Below, piece after piece: positions 26,620 to 39,562 of a stretch of DNA of 64,000 nucleotides; position 1 is the first letter of the stretch, and every line of letters begins with the position of its first letter. This DNA comes from Camelus dromedarius (taxonomy: Eukaryota), in the NCBI RefSeq assembly GCF_036321535.1, contig NC_087436.1, positions 29,824,001 to 29,888,000 of the forward strand, written 5' to 3'. The notes beneath the pieces are model-generated. The model worked only from the letters and a program-made list of their open reading frames with translations, searched no databases and had not been told where the DNA came from. A program made the position numbers and the translations under genes.

Positions 26620-27900
26620 ATCATTTTATATGGGTGTAAGAAATTCTCCACAAAAAATTCTTAAATTCTCCCTCTATATTTTTGCCATTATTTTATTTTA
26701 TTTTTGAATATGCTATAAACTCACTATGCACTGCTACTGTTTGGTCTATAGATATACAAATATATTTAGTGTGATTAAAATAAGAAATACATATTTTATG
26801 TTTACTTTAATCATTTCTGGAAATCTGTATGTTTATATGTAGATTTATGTTTGGTCTGATGCTATATTCTTTCAACCTGAGTACTCAGTTGTAACAATTC
26901 TTATAGTATAGATCAACTTTTATTAAAATATCTCAGTATTTGTATCCCTGAAAAGGTGTGTATGTTTTTTGGTTCATTTTTGAAATATATTTTATTTATT
27001 ATAGAATTGTAGGTCAACAGTGTTTTTGTGTTTTTTCCTCCCAGGACTTTAAAGTCTTTTTTCAATTTTTCTTTGAGAAACTATTTCTCCCTTATTTTGA
27101 AAGATATTTCACCTGCGTATAGAAATCGGTGTTGAGTTGTAATTTTTTCCCCATTACTTTAAAGATGTTGATTCATTGTTTTCTGGCTTGCATTATGACC
27201 GATAAAAATTTGTCGTTTTTTTCCCTATATGTAATTTGCATTCATTATTTTCTCTTTCTGTTGAGTGAGTGTGTTGATATTGGTGTATGTTATTCATTTT
27301 TATCTTTATTTGTATTTTCAGAAATTCCTGAATCTGTGACTTGATTTCTATTATAATTTGAGGAAAATATTTGTCCTTTATCCTTCTGAGTATTTCCTCT
27401 ACCACTCTCTACTTTTCCTAGAATCTCAGTGATATGTATTAAAATCATTTTATACATTACCACCCATGCTCCCCTACTCCCCAAGTTGCACCACTGAGAG
27501 TGATTTCTCTGGTACCTCACTCTGTCTTCAGTTTTTTTGTTTTTGATTTGTTTTGTTTTTAATGATAATATATGAAGTCCTTAATAAAATCCTTTCAGTG
27601 GGAATGAATTCCTTGTGTCCATGGCTCTTAGAAATTGTCTGCCCATATTAGTCTACGCTGAATCTTTTGGAGTTTGTTAAAAATTTCTGTAGAATTCTCT
27701 TTACCCATTTTAATGGAAATCGGTCTTTTGCTGCTAGTGCTCATGTCTCTTCTGTTTTTGAAAACATCTATATTTCCTCATATTTTATGCTAGTTGGTTA
27801 TTTGTGGCCTTGGATTTTTTTATGCTTTTGTAGATTATCTTTTTATTTTTATTAGGGTAGAATTGGAACCCTTTCCTGCTTTCTAAATTTTAAATAGGAA
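26620..27900 (-). mobile_element. Old L1 fragments (L1M-type)
   Basis: T-rich; 'tttgaaagatatttcacctgcgtatagaa', 'actttaaagatgttgattcattgttttctggcttgcatt', 'tataatttgaggaaaatatttg'. Confidence 0.6.
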
Positions 27901-28096
27901 ACGTGTATTTTAAATGTTAATTTTTACTTTACTATATTTTAGTTTTGCTTTATATTAACAGAATTTATGTTTTTAGGTATATAAGTTTGGCATTATTGTA
28001 TAATTTCCAGTAAGAGAGATGTATCATTATAATGTATTATCCATTGTTTCTATAGCCACTGTGTTTTGACTTAAGTAGCTTTATTTATCTGGTATT

Positions 28097-28148
28097 TTTC
28101 TTTCTTTCTTTCTTTCTTTCTATCTATCTATCTATCTATCTATCTATC
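28097..28148. repeat. Compound (TTTC)6(TATC)7 microsatellite
   Basis: Direct reading. Confidence 0.95.
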
Positions 28149-28411
28149 ACTTTTTATCTAGTATAATTTGATCTTTCCTTATTCTCATGGTTTGTCTTCA
28201 CTTTTTAATCAGCTTTAAAAATATTCATCTTTTTAAATGGAGGTTTAATCAAATTAATTTTTGTCCTCATACAGTTGCATTTATGTCCACTTTTATTTGA
28301 GATATGTATTTTCCCAAAATTTCTAGGTTGGATAATTTCCCTCATCCCTTACAAGTTTTACAAATATTTCTATTTCTATACTTTTGGGACTATCCTTAAT
28401 GTTTATTAATA

Positions 28412-29436
28412 TAGTCAATCATTGTTAATTGTGGTAGTTATGTTTCATAATGTTATTATGGATACTGAGTTACCAAGTACTGAACTATTGTCCCTAGGGA
28501 AGATTCAAGATTAGGTTCTTGTGAGCCTCTGGTCACAACATTTTTATCAACTGAAATTCTATTTGCACTATATAGGTTTGGCATGTTATAAAATAAGACA
28601 GTCCGTTGGCATTGAAATCCTGTTCTTCCACATAACCCTTTTCCTGAATAACATTTAACAGATATTTTAAAAATTCTTCCATGCACACCCTACATCACCT
28701 GCAAGCTTAACATTTTTCACAGTGTATTGCCTTTTGAAACAAGCAAGCCAGCCAACCCTAACCAAGAAGAGTTTAACATTTTCCTGATGCTGAGTAAGGT
28801 GACTATAAATTTCTTGGCTTGCAACCTTACAACAATGCTGTCCACTTCTGTTTTTAATTGGTCATCATCTCAACAATCTATAAATTTAGCCATATTTCCA
28901 TCTTTTCCATAGCTTCATCATGCACTGCAGATGTTACTTCAGCACTTTCCAAAGCAGCCTTATATACAGATCAGCAAATTTCCCCTTCCTTCTTCTGTGT
29001 GTACTGTATTATTGATTCATTTACATTGAGCTCATGGCCAACAGCACTATAACTCATGCCTGAATGAAGCTTACCTAACACACATCTTTTCTCTGCAAGG
29101 CATATCAAATCATTTTTGTGCTTAAGAACTCTAGACAACATTTCAGGAAAACTTTGAGGGGCCATTTTAAAAGCAAAATTACTCCCCCAAAATCACAAAA
29201 ATGCATAAATAGTGGTACTAAGTAGACCATGATAAGGATACTGGTCCTGAGCTGACACAAGAATGCAAAGTATTACCTTGTTCTGTCCAGCTGGGGACAT
29301 GCCTGTTGGGCAACTCAATTTTTTATCTGCTCTGATTATGTCTGGGAATGAGCACTAAAGTGTCATAAGTATTGATTCTGGGGTTATAAATACATTTTAG
29401 TCAGTAGGTGAATTCACAAATAACAAGGATCAACTG
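28412..29436 (-). mobile_element. Tigger-family (Tigger6/MER82-like) DNA transposon, internally deleted, ~1 kb
   Basis: Degenerate terminal inverted repeats (tagtcaatcattgtta / taacaaggatcaactg) flanked by TA; ends resemble recalled MER82; contains a transposase remnant. Confidence 0.85.
28740..29165 (-). pseudogene. Decayed pogo/Tigger transposase N-terminus (CENP-B-type helix-turn-helix)
   Basis: ORF 28971-29165: LAEKRCVLGKLHSGMSYSAVGHELNVNESIIQYTQKKE; reading continues through stop codons. Confidence 0.8.
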
Positions 29437-29929
29437 TATACACTTTTCTACCTCTTTTGAATTTTCCTCTAAAAATTTCTCTTGCTTTGGAGTAGTTTCT
29501 TCTTGCAAGTATACTTATGCATTGAAATATATCTTCTTGAGAAGAAGCATTTAGTAGTGAAAAAAAAGTTGGAAATTTCTTAGGCAATTCATCATAACTT
29601 AACCTTTCTTTAGTTGTATATATGTTATATACATATTAAGAAAAGCATTCATATTTGTTTGAACCTCAACAATATATATGAATGAGCATGTCTACCTATT
29701 ATATATTTCTTTACGTTCACATTATTTTTCCTTTGGTGCCTTATATCTTACTCATAAGTGATTAACCTCACTTTATTGTGGCAAAGCAAAATAAGGGAAA
29801 AAAAATCATAATGAAAGCACCTCAAATTCATGTGAATTTCATAAATGTTCTCCATATAAATTAAATTTGAAATAAAATATTGTACACATGATATTGATTT
29901 ATTATATGTAACATATCTATATCTATCTG

Positions 29930-29992
29930 AATTTTCAACTGCATGGGAGGTCAGTGCCCCTAACCTCCATGTTGTTCAAGGGTCTACTCTAT
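29930..29992 (+). mobile_element. Tigger2/MER8-like terminal fragment
   Basis: 'ttttcaactgcatgggaggtcagtgcccctaacctccatgttgttcaagggtctactcta' resembles the recalled Tigger2 end. Confidence 0.65.
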
Positions 29993-31200
29993 ACAATTTC
30001 AGAAATACCTACTTGTCTTGTAGAACTCAAAGTTTAAAACAATTTATTGTCTTCTTTAGTTAGCCAATTTCCAAGACAACTTCTATCTAGACCTGTGCCG
30101 TGACTGACACACAATATAGAAATGAGGAAAAAATTTTCTGAAAAATGTTCCTATGGATATATTTTGACAAATGATCTGATTAGCATAATAACCATCAAAC
30201 TATTGAATGAATAATCTGCTTTATTTTCTTTTTAATCTATGTCTACTCTGAACTCTATCTATAATGTTATTCAGGAAAATAGATTATTACAGTCCATAAA
30301 TCTATTGTTAGTAACTTGCCAACTAAACTGGGAAATTATTTCTCTCCTTTTTCAAGTTATTACTTTTTCCAAGTTGCTTTCCATAATGAACTGATGAAGG
30401 CTAATGAAAATTAAATTACTTATTATGTAATAAAAGCCAGTGTAAAGATGCTGACGTATGATCTCTATAGTTCAAAAATATTCATGTTTTATTCTCAGAT
30501 TTTTAATAGTAGCTCTAAGCACTCTTTCAATAGATACAGTACTTAGGCAATTTATCTTATTTTAAAATATTTTCTTAGTGTACTGTGGATGATAACAAGC
30601 CATATAACGGATAAACAATTCTTTAAATACATTTAAAATCTAATGATTAAAAAAATAAATAAAAGTTCTGTAGCATTATCAAATATCATGAATTTCAATG
30701 AGTTTTGATTTCTATTGTTTCCAGTATCTCTGGCATACAAAAAATATTGACTTCCCTGGGAATAAATATTTGGTATTGGTTTATGAGCTAAATTATATTT
30801 GACATTGTTGGGAAATGCTGTATTAAATATATCTGTAGGTATTTGGAAAACAGTACTTATGCTAAAGATGAAAAAGAGAGAAAAATGAAAGAAGAATAGG
30901 GAAGAATTAAATAATAATAAAATAAAATCTGGAAATGTTAGATTGATATTTAATGGTCATGCATATTTATGTTCTGTATTGCACCATTGTTTGAAGCATT
31001 TAGTTTTCCAAATGAAATAAAACCCTTATTTTTTGAAACTATAATTTTCTTCTCATGGAAAATGCTACGTTTTTTCTTTTCAGGTTAAACTTGGAAAGCA
31101 AACCAAAAAAAATTGTCAGAATACTATGGATAAAATAATTAAGATTTTTGACATTTTGTTGATATTCTTTATTTTATATATGTGTACTAAGATATGTATA

Positions 31201-31284
31201 TATTATACAATTTGAAGTATATATTGTAGTACATATAGACTATATATACTAGTATATATAGTATATACTTCAAGTTGTATAATA
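31201..31284. repeat. AT-rich nested inverted repeat
   Basis: 23-bp arms 31201-31223 and 31262-31284 (one mismatch); perfect 24-bp palindrome at 31239-31262. Confidence 0.9.
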
Positions 31285-34091
31285 GTATATTATAATTTTA
31301 TAATTGGAAATAAAATTTCAAGTTATATTATTTCAAACTGTGTGACAAAAAAGATATATAGAATGATTAATATACATAAAGATGTTGCAGATTATGTTTT
31401 CCACATTTTCTTTCTTTCAATATACTTAGCAGATATAGCCATTCCAAATTACTATTTCACAAACTAAGATGATTCTCAGTAGGGAAGCCTTACCTCACGT
31501 TGTTTTCATCAAAGGGAGCTTAGTCTATATTTGCCTGTCTGAGTATTGCCATTATATTACTAATTTACACATTGGGAAGAGGGTCAGGAGTACTTCAAAT
31601 TTTTGATGACTTTATATTAACCTGAAAGTGGAATGTTAATAACTGATGAAATACATCCACAGTAGTCCAATATCAAGATGGTTCAATGTTATGTATTTTA
31701 AAATAAAAAAGTTCTACCCCATATTGTTGAATTATTTTATATATTGAGCTTTCTGGGGAGTCTTTATTTGAGACAGCTAAATATATTTTGTATTAGAACA
31801 CATAAGGTAAAATCATGGAAATAGTACATATTAAAATAACATTACCCAGGTAAGATGATATTCAATATAACTTTATTGATAAATAGCTAAAAAAATGCAG
31901 GTTTGTTTTGCTCTTGAATGGCAATTAAAGCATGAATTATTGAAACCATCTTGAAAGCCATTATCACTGAAGCTGTCATATACAGTAGTACTCAAATATT
32001 ATTATTTTATTTATATTATTTTATTAAAATTAGTAGATTTCTGTGATCCTTTCTTAGGTTGTCTTAGTATCAATAATATAAATGGTGTATTGTTGCCTCA
32101 AATTGTAAAATAGAAGTATATTTTTAGGCTTTCCTAGTTAGTTATATAGCCACCTTTCTTACCCTAAATGATGCAAGTGTCTATAGAGTGTTTCCTAATT
32201 TTGTAACTTATTAAAAAAGCAAATAGAATCCGGATAGTTATTTTCTATTGTTTAGTGCATTGGAACTTACAAAATGGTACACATATCCAAAAATCAAAGG
32301 TTCAGAATTATGTAGATTAAATCTAGCAATCTAACATCAGAGATATTTAAGATTATTTTTATATCTTGTAGAAAATATTTTCAAAGATAAAATTTAAAGT
32401 CATTGGGAGATTGTGAAAATAATACTTTCCAACAAAATTTTTATATTTTTCTAGAGTTCTTCAGTTATAAAAATCAGAATGTGTTCATATGACATTTGAT
32501 GAAAAATGAGAACATGCTATTTCACATCTAAATGGATTAACAGTCAAGCAAGTTGTTCCTGTTGGCCCATTCATGTAGTAGAATATGCTTCATTTTCTTA
32601 GGCATCTTTGATAACATGGAGTTAAACATTTTGTGAATGACAAGATAATTATGAGTTCAGTACAGAGAAAAGTTATGGATGTAGAAAAAAATAGAGCAGA
32701 GATAAAAATTAGATGCAAAATTGGAATGATACTGAAAACAAGAGATGGAACTGCAGAAAATAGAGAAAATGGGCTGACCACCCATTAATTTCTTTGCATG
32801 GTAAAAGTAATCTCTAGTCTATTTTGACAACTGAAATGAAAAATCATACCCTGGTGGAGATATACACCAGTAAAGTTGCTGATCCCTATTATTTTATCAA
32901 CTGTAGGAAATATATGAGAAAGACAATGTTTGTTCATTAGAAATCCTTTTTCCTAAAATAGGAAGGAAGCACCACTGCATCTTTTTCATTTTCTTGCTCA
33001 AATGTTTATTGTTTTCCTGGTAGAATTTAACTTAAAAAATTTTTTTTCCATATAGGTGTTTCCCATACTGTCCGGTTGAATTCATAGATGCAATGTCTCA
33101 TGCAAGCACATTTTCCCCCATCACACAGCACATGCCACTAATCTTCAAGTGAGTCACCAGAGTATTTGTGTATCTTCACATAAACACATCATTGCAGCTT
33201 GAAAGATTATTTTGAGAAATTGTTGCAATATGAACATCTATCATTTTAAAAAATAAACAGAAAAATATTAACAAATAAATGAGTTGACAATCAGAAATTC
33301 AAGGATAGGAGTATAGCTTACTCTTCCAAAAATTTTGAAAATGAAGGCAAGATAATTCGATAGAACAGCTGTATTATCATTTACAAAAATGTTCCTGAAT
33401 CTGTAAAGCAAGCAATTACTTTGTCATTTAATTTCCAAACAACTTAAAGAACATTTGTTTTCCAACTGTCCATTGAAAGAGTCTGGCAGGCTGTGTTGGT
33501 TGGCTCTCTACTTGAAGAGTTCTTCTTTATTATCTCTTCAGTATTTTCTCTATAATGATGTGCACACCTTTGAATCTGAGCTCACAGTTGCCTTTTTTTC
33601 TACTCCTTTTCAAAGAAGTCTGTTCTCTGTAATGCTCAATCACTGATTAGGAATTCTTTTCTATCTTCCACATTTCCTCTAAACATTCTCTCAAATATCC
33701 TTGCTTCAATTCATTACTGAGTTTTTTCACTCTAAACCCTGACATCATTCTCTGTTTTTTCCATTTTCTGGGCTTTTTGTTTTGTTTTTTCCTGCTGTAA
33801 ACATTAATCCTCCAGATTTCACCTGTTTTGCTCCTCACAATATTTAACTCTAAGGTAAATATTTCCTTATGCTTTTATTTAAGAGTGTCTCTCCATCTGC
33901 TTTTATTTTTCTTTTTTCTTTTTTGTATTATTTTTGTCTGGGTAACATAATTATTCCATTTACTGAAAATGTCTATTTTGAACTAAAGTATTTGTTTACT
34001 TTCTTAAAGTTGGCTTCTTAAGATGTACTATGAGGTCAAAGAAGGTAAGCATGATATCTGCATGTTAATAACTGCCACTTTGTGTGAGTGT

Positions 34092-35622
34092 ATTTTGTTT
34101 TATTTTACTGAAATTTTAGAAGTTATTTATCAAGTAATGGCTGTATTTCCCTGTGCTGTACAATATATCCTGATGCTTATTTATTTTATACTTCGTAGTT
34201 TGTGTCACTTAATCCCATACCCCTGTCTTGCCTGTCCCCCATTTCTTCTCCCCACTGATAATCACAAGTTTGTTCTCTATATTTATGAGTCTGTTTCTTA
34301 TCACATCTTTATTCTTTCATCTGTTCATGGACACTTGGGTTGCTTCCATGTCTTGGCTATTGTAAATAATGTTGCTATGCATGTTGGGGGGGTGTATGAA
34401 TCTTTTAATGTTAGTGTTTTCATTTTCTTCAGATATATACCCAGCAGGGGAATTAGTGGATCATGTAGTAGTTTTGACTTTTAGTCTTTGAGAGATCCCC
34501 ATACGCTTTCCCATGGTGGCTGCAGCAGCATACAGTTCCATCTACAGTGTACTAAGGTTCCCTTTTCTCTATATCTCCTCCAACGTTTGTTATTTATAGA
34601 CTTTTTAATAATAGCTAATTATACAGATGTGAAGTGATATTTCACTGTGTTTTTGATTTGCGTTTCTCTGATGATTAGCAATTTTATGTATTTTTTTAAT
34701 GTATCTTCTTTGGAAAAATGTCTTCAGATCTTCTGCCCATTTTTTAAATTGGGTTCTTTGTTTGATATGGAATTGTATGAGCTGTTCATATATTTTGGAT
34801 ATTAACCTCTTATTGGTCATATCATTTGCAAGTATATTCTCCCATCCAGTCAGTTGTCTTTTCATTTTGTTTCATTTATTGATGATTTCCTTTGCTGTGC
34901 AGAAACATTTAATTACATCCCATTTGTTTAGTTTTGCTTTTATTTATTTATTTGTTTGTTTGTTTGTTTATTTTTGCCTTAGAAGACAGATCTAAAAAAT
35001 ATTGCTACAATTTATGTCAAAGGGTGTTCTGCCTATGTTCTCTTCTAAGAGTTTATTTGTTTCAAGTCTTACATTTTGGTCTTTTTAATCTACTTTGAGG
35101 TTATTTTTGTATTTGATGTGAGAAAATGTTGTAATCTCATTTTACACGTTTCTCACTAGTTTTCCCAGCATGACTTACTGAAGAGACTGTCTTTTCTCTT
35201 TTGTATACTCTTACTTCCTTTGACATAGATTATTAATTGTCCATAAGGGCTTGGGTTTACTTCTGAGCTTTCTATTCTGTTCCATTGATGTATGTGTCTA
35301 TTTGTTTTATGACAGTACCATGCTATTTTAATTACCATAGCTTTGTAATATAGTCTGAAGTCAGGGAGCATGACACCTATAGCTTTGTTCTTTTTTCTCA
35401 AGATTGCTTTGGCAACTTGATGTCTTTTGTGTTTCCATTTAATTTTAGGATCATTTGTTCTAGTTCTGTGAAAAATGTGACAGGTATTTTGAAAAGGATT
35501 ACATTAAATCTTTCGATTGCTTTGGGTAGGATGGCCATTTTAAGAACGTGGGATATCTTACCATTTGTTTATATCATTTTCAAATTTCTTCATCAATATT
35601 TTATAATTTTTAGAGTATAAAT
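34092..35622 (-). mobile_element. Younger L1 (artiodactyl-type) 3' fragment, ~1.5 kb
   Basis: ORFs 35156-35401(-) [34 protein letters not shown] and 34605-34865(-) MKRQLTGWENILAND...LISKIY are L1 ORF2p C-terminal motifs. Confidence 0.93.
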
Positions 35623-36565
35623 CTGATTTTAAATATTTTAAAAATTCTTTCCTCCATTGCATTTTATAATTGAACTAACTTATTTCTTGGTAAAACATTC
35701 TAGCATTTTGATGCAACTATAAGGTTAAGTTTGGAAAGTTTTGTCATCTTTTAGTGTAAAAACCTATCTTTTTTTTTTTTTTAGTTTTAGAATAACCTTA
35801 TCAAAGCTACTATGGACATGTGTTTATGGCTTATCGATTGAAAAGTTCATCTCTACCAGCTAATTAGCATTTTAATTTTTGCCTAAAATAAAAGACTGTC
35901 AGTATCTTTAGGCAGTGTGTGACTTCACTGTCCTGTATTATATATACTTAACAATTATCATAAATAATGATAGTTCAAAGTGTTTCCCATTTCTTTTTTA
36001 TTAGTTTCAACCTATTTCAGTGATATTTTCTCTAATTTAGGCTTTCTTGATTATTGCCGTGTATACTAAAAGTAAATTTTTATACTGAACATTTAAAACA
36101 CTTGAAAACTATCTTAACTATTTGTCAGCTTTTTCTGCTATTAGCACTGTTTAGCAAATGCCATGTAGCATGTCTACTAGTGATTTGAATCATATGATTT
36201 CTCTGATTCAAAACATTTCATATGCTTTAAAATTGAAATTAGAAAAGAACAGTCAAGCCATGTAAAGATGTGATATTTAGAATACCAGTTATATAATAAT
36301 GGAGGATAAGGTAGTTTTTAGAACATCTATCTTAAACATGAAATATTTAAATCTAATTTACAGTTTTTGCTTCAGAAACTTTCACACCACTAGAGGTAAC
36401 ATGTAAAGTGAGTGGAATTGCTAATTAAAACTTCGGAAGATTGATTATAAATTTTGAAGAAAATACAACAGAGAAAAATAATGGTCATAACTTCCCTAAG
36501 CCCAAGTAAATATTTTACCAATAGAAAAAAATAAATAAAAGTGAAAAGTTAAATAAAGCTACATA

Positions 36566-36575
36566 TGTGTGTGTA

Positions 36576-36607
<32 letters not shown>
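36566..36607. repeat. Compound (TG)n(TA)n microsatellite
   Basis: Direct reading. Confidence 0.95.
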
Positions 36608-38477
36608 GTTTCTAAACAAAACATCAGTAACTAATAGAGGAGAACTGGAATTCTATTAAAAATATGTTCGAACCTTAATATAGATTGGATGTTTATAAAT
36701 TGTTATAATTTTATAAAATATATACTTCTGAGTATAAAGTGTGCATAATACGAAAAAGAATCATTTTATCTTAAATTGTCAAAATTTCTTTTCTACACTT
36801 TCTGATTACTCTCAGGCAATCTCAGTGATATAAGGATAAGTGGCATTTATCATCCAAAAGAGAAAATTTTGGCATTTGATCCCATTAGATGGAAAATTAT
36901 TATTTTTTGACATAGTGTTAATAACAAAATTTATGTTTCTTATTCTAAGCAAGTGCTTAGTGGGGTGAATCTGGTTAGTCTGTTAATGATTATTTGAGTT
37001 AAGCAGAGACCCAGAGAGGTAACCTGGAAGAAACGTTTATGTAGACAACACTAAATGAGAGAGACTTAAAACATCTGTAGTTAAACTTATTATAAATTTA
37101 AAGCAATGAAACTATTTGTAGTTAAGTAAATAAATAAATTCATTAAATTATTCCTTTCTCCTGCACATTTCATAGTGTTTTATTTTAGCTAGTTTACAAT
37201 GAAAGCTTCTCATTTTTCTACTCATTTTAACCTGATTTCTGAGTAATGATACTGAAAAGAGAAAAATAGAAAAAAAAAAAAAAAGTGATTTCCCAAGTCT
37301 CCATATCTCTTTAGGAAGAGCTCTGGAGCAAAATCCTAAATCAGTGAGCTACACTTTCAGTGTTCTTATTTCATATGAATTTGGAGCACTCCATAATATT
37401 TCCAAAGCTGCAGAGCATAACGAAGGTGACCAATAAAGTTGGGTGGTTCTCATTTCAATTATAGAATTAGGCCAAGACACCAGATAAGCAACAAATATTC
37501 ACTCACCATCAGAAAGAGTTCTAAATTTAAATATTTCAATTGTTGTAACGGCCTGATGCCTATTGATGGTATTTTAGAAAATTCACTTTTTAAAAAATAC
37601 TTTTCAGAGTGTCAAAGCTCTGATCAAATTATACAACTGACTTAATTTGCAATTCATCAAATCAAATATATAAAACAATGCAGTTAAAGTTAGAAAGCAT
37701 TTTAAAATGGAAATAGATATCTTTATTTCTGTTTTATATCCAGTGAGAATTGTTAGCTGCCTTATATCAAAAAAGTTATACAGAAAGCATGTTCACCCTA
37801 TGGAAGAATCTCTAGTAATATTAGCAGCAATGACTTTTAAGGATAGAAGTAAGAATAAACAGAAATTGTACCACCAAATTCTCAAGGATTAGGTATAATT
37901 TCATTATTCTTTTTATATTAAGCATTAAGCAAGATCAGTATAAGAGCAGCAATATGCTGAAAAATAACATTAAAGCATTAAGGTGAGACTATATTGAACA
38001 AAATTCTTAAAGATAAGAAAAAAGGAAAACTAGTAATTTTGCTTCATACCCTCTTATTGGCCCTTTAATGGAAAAAAAAATTTTCTAATTAATATTTCAT
38101 TTACCTTGGGGACAAGTACATAATGCAGTCATCAATTTGCTTAGATTCTGAAATACCATTCATTTATGTACATATTTTCCTATTCAAATTTACTATTCAT
38201 ATCACTTGTCAATTTGCATATATTAAATCATCATGCATAATTTACCATATCTTGAATATTTTATTAATGAAAGTACCTTTCTAAGATTTTATATGCTCTT
38301 AAATTTTAAATACTCAAACATTTAAGAAACTTAAAACTCAACAGTTCAGTTTTAAAATATTATTTTTATGAAATGAAATATTGCATTACACATGTTAACT
38401 CTATGTTGTTGCTCTGACTATTGGGATGGACAGTGGGTAGTTATTATAAGTTTTTTTATTAAGAATGGAATTTTTAA

Positions 38478-38620
38478 GAGTAACTTATTTAGGTTTTTTG
38501 GGGTTGGGTGGGTAGGTAATTAGATTTATTTATTTATTCTTAGAGGAGGTGCTGGGAATTGAACCCAGGACCTTGTGCATGCTAAGCATACGCTCTACCA
38601 CTTGAGCTATACCCTCCCCC
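38478..38620 (-). mobile_element. tRNA-derived SINE, camelid Vic-1-like, full length
   Basis: Minus strand GGGGGAGGGTATAGCTCAAGTGGTAGAGCGTATGCTTAGCATGCACAAGGTCCTGGGTTCAATTCCCAGCACCTCC with Pol III A and B boxes; perfect 17-bp TSD aagaatggaatttttaa (38461-38477, 38621-38637). Confidence 0.93.
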
Positions 38621-39082
38621 AAGAATGGAATTTTTAAAATAATATGTATTCTTTTCTTTTATTTCATTTACAGTTAGCATAGACATACATGTACCTGACC
38701 AATACTTTAGTTGTTCTTTTCCAATAACTCGTGATTACTTTAGCTCATGACTTTTTAATCAAGGTTGATGATGTTTAGAAGTCGCTTCATTAACAATGTG
38801 GTGCATTGAGACAGAATAAAGTTAACTAATTTTGACAGTTTTATATTTCATGGGGTCTATTTCCAGCATTCCAATCTTATTTAATTTTATACACATTTAA
38901 AAAGTAAAATTTCCAACTCAAACAAATTCCTAGGCAAATAAATGGAAAGTTGTTGTATGAAAAAGATGCATACAAAGTAGTTATGTTTTTACAATATGAG
39001 AGTGAATTGTAATCGAGAAAAAAATCTGCAGGTCTTATTGAGTAGTTCTACTTCAATAGTAAACTAGAAACTTTGGTAGTTC

Positions 39083-39562
39083 TGTTAAAGAAAAATTATT
39101 CTGATACTTCTTAAAACCATAAGAAAGACTTTATTTAGGACTATTGTGATAGGTGACAATATTATCGTAATAGGGGAGAGAGATTAGGTTCAACCCTGAA
39201 CTCAGCAAAGATAGCTGGGGATGTATAGAAAAGGAACAGAGGTCGGGGTTGGGGGATGTCATCAGCGGATGGAAGATTACTAAGAGGAGACATAAAAGGA
39301 TAGGGTAATTTGTTAAACTGACTGAACAGGATTCTTGCTGAAGGCAGGCCAGTGTGACCAGATATCAAAGGTAGGAGATGAGTAATTTGATCAGCTATCA
39401 TAAGAGATCAGATATCAAGAATGGGTTTAATTCCCTAAACTGATTTAGCAGGATTCTTGCTACAATTGGACTAGGCAGGCAGAGATACTGCCCAGAGATG
39501 AGACCGAGTCAAAAAGGGGGTCAGAGGAGCCTAAAATTTGGTCAAGAAAAGAATCTTTGTCT
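39083..39562 (-). mobile_element. MER31-like ERV1 solo LTR (~480 bp)
   Basis: Minus start 'gacaaagattcttttcttgaccaaattttaggctcctctga' resembles recalled MER31; duplicated 'caggattcttgct'; minus AATAAA ~39130; near TSD gttc/cttc. Confidence 0.8.

Noticed and set aside
34023..34484. Longest ORF (153 aa)
   Set aside because: Antisense reading of an L1 3' region; hydrophobic bias reflects T-richness.
38545..38620. tRNA gene (Ala-like)
   Set aside because: Followed by a SINE body and tail and bracketed by a 17-bp TSD; it is a SINE head.
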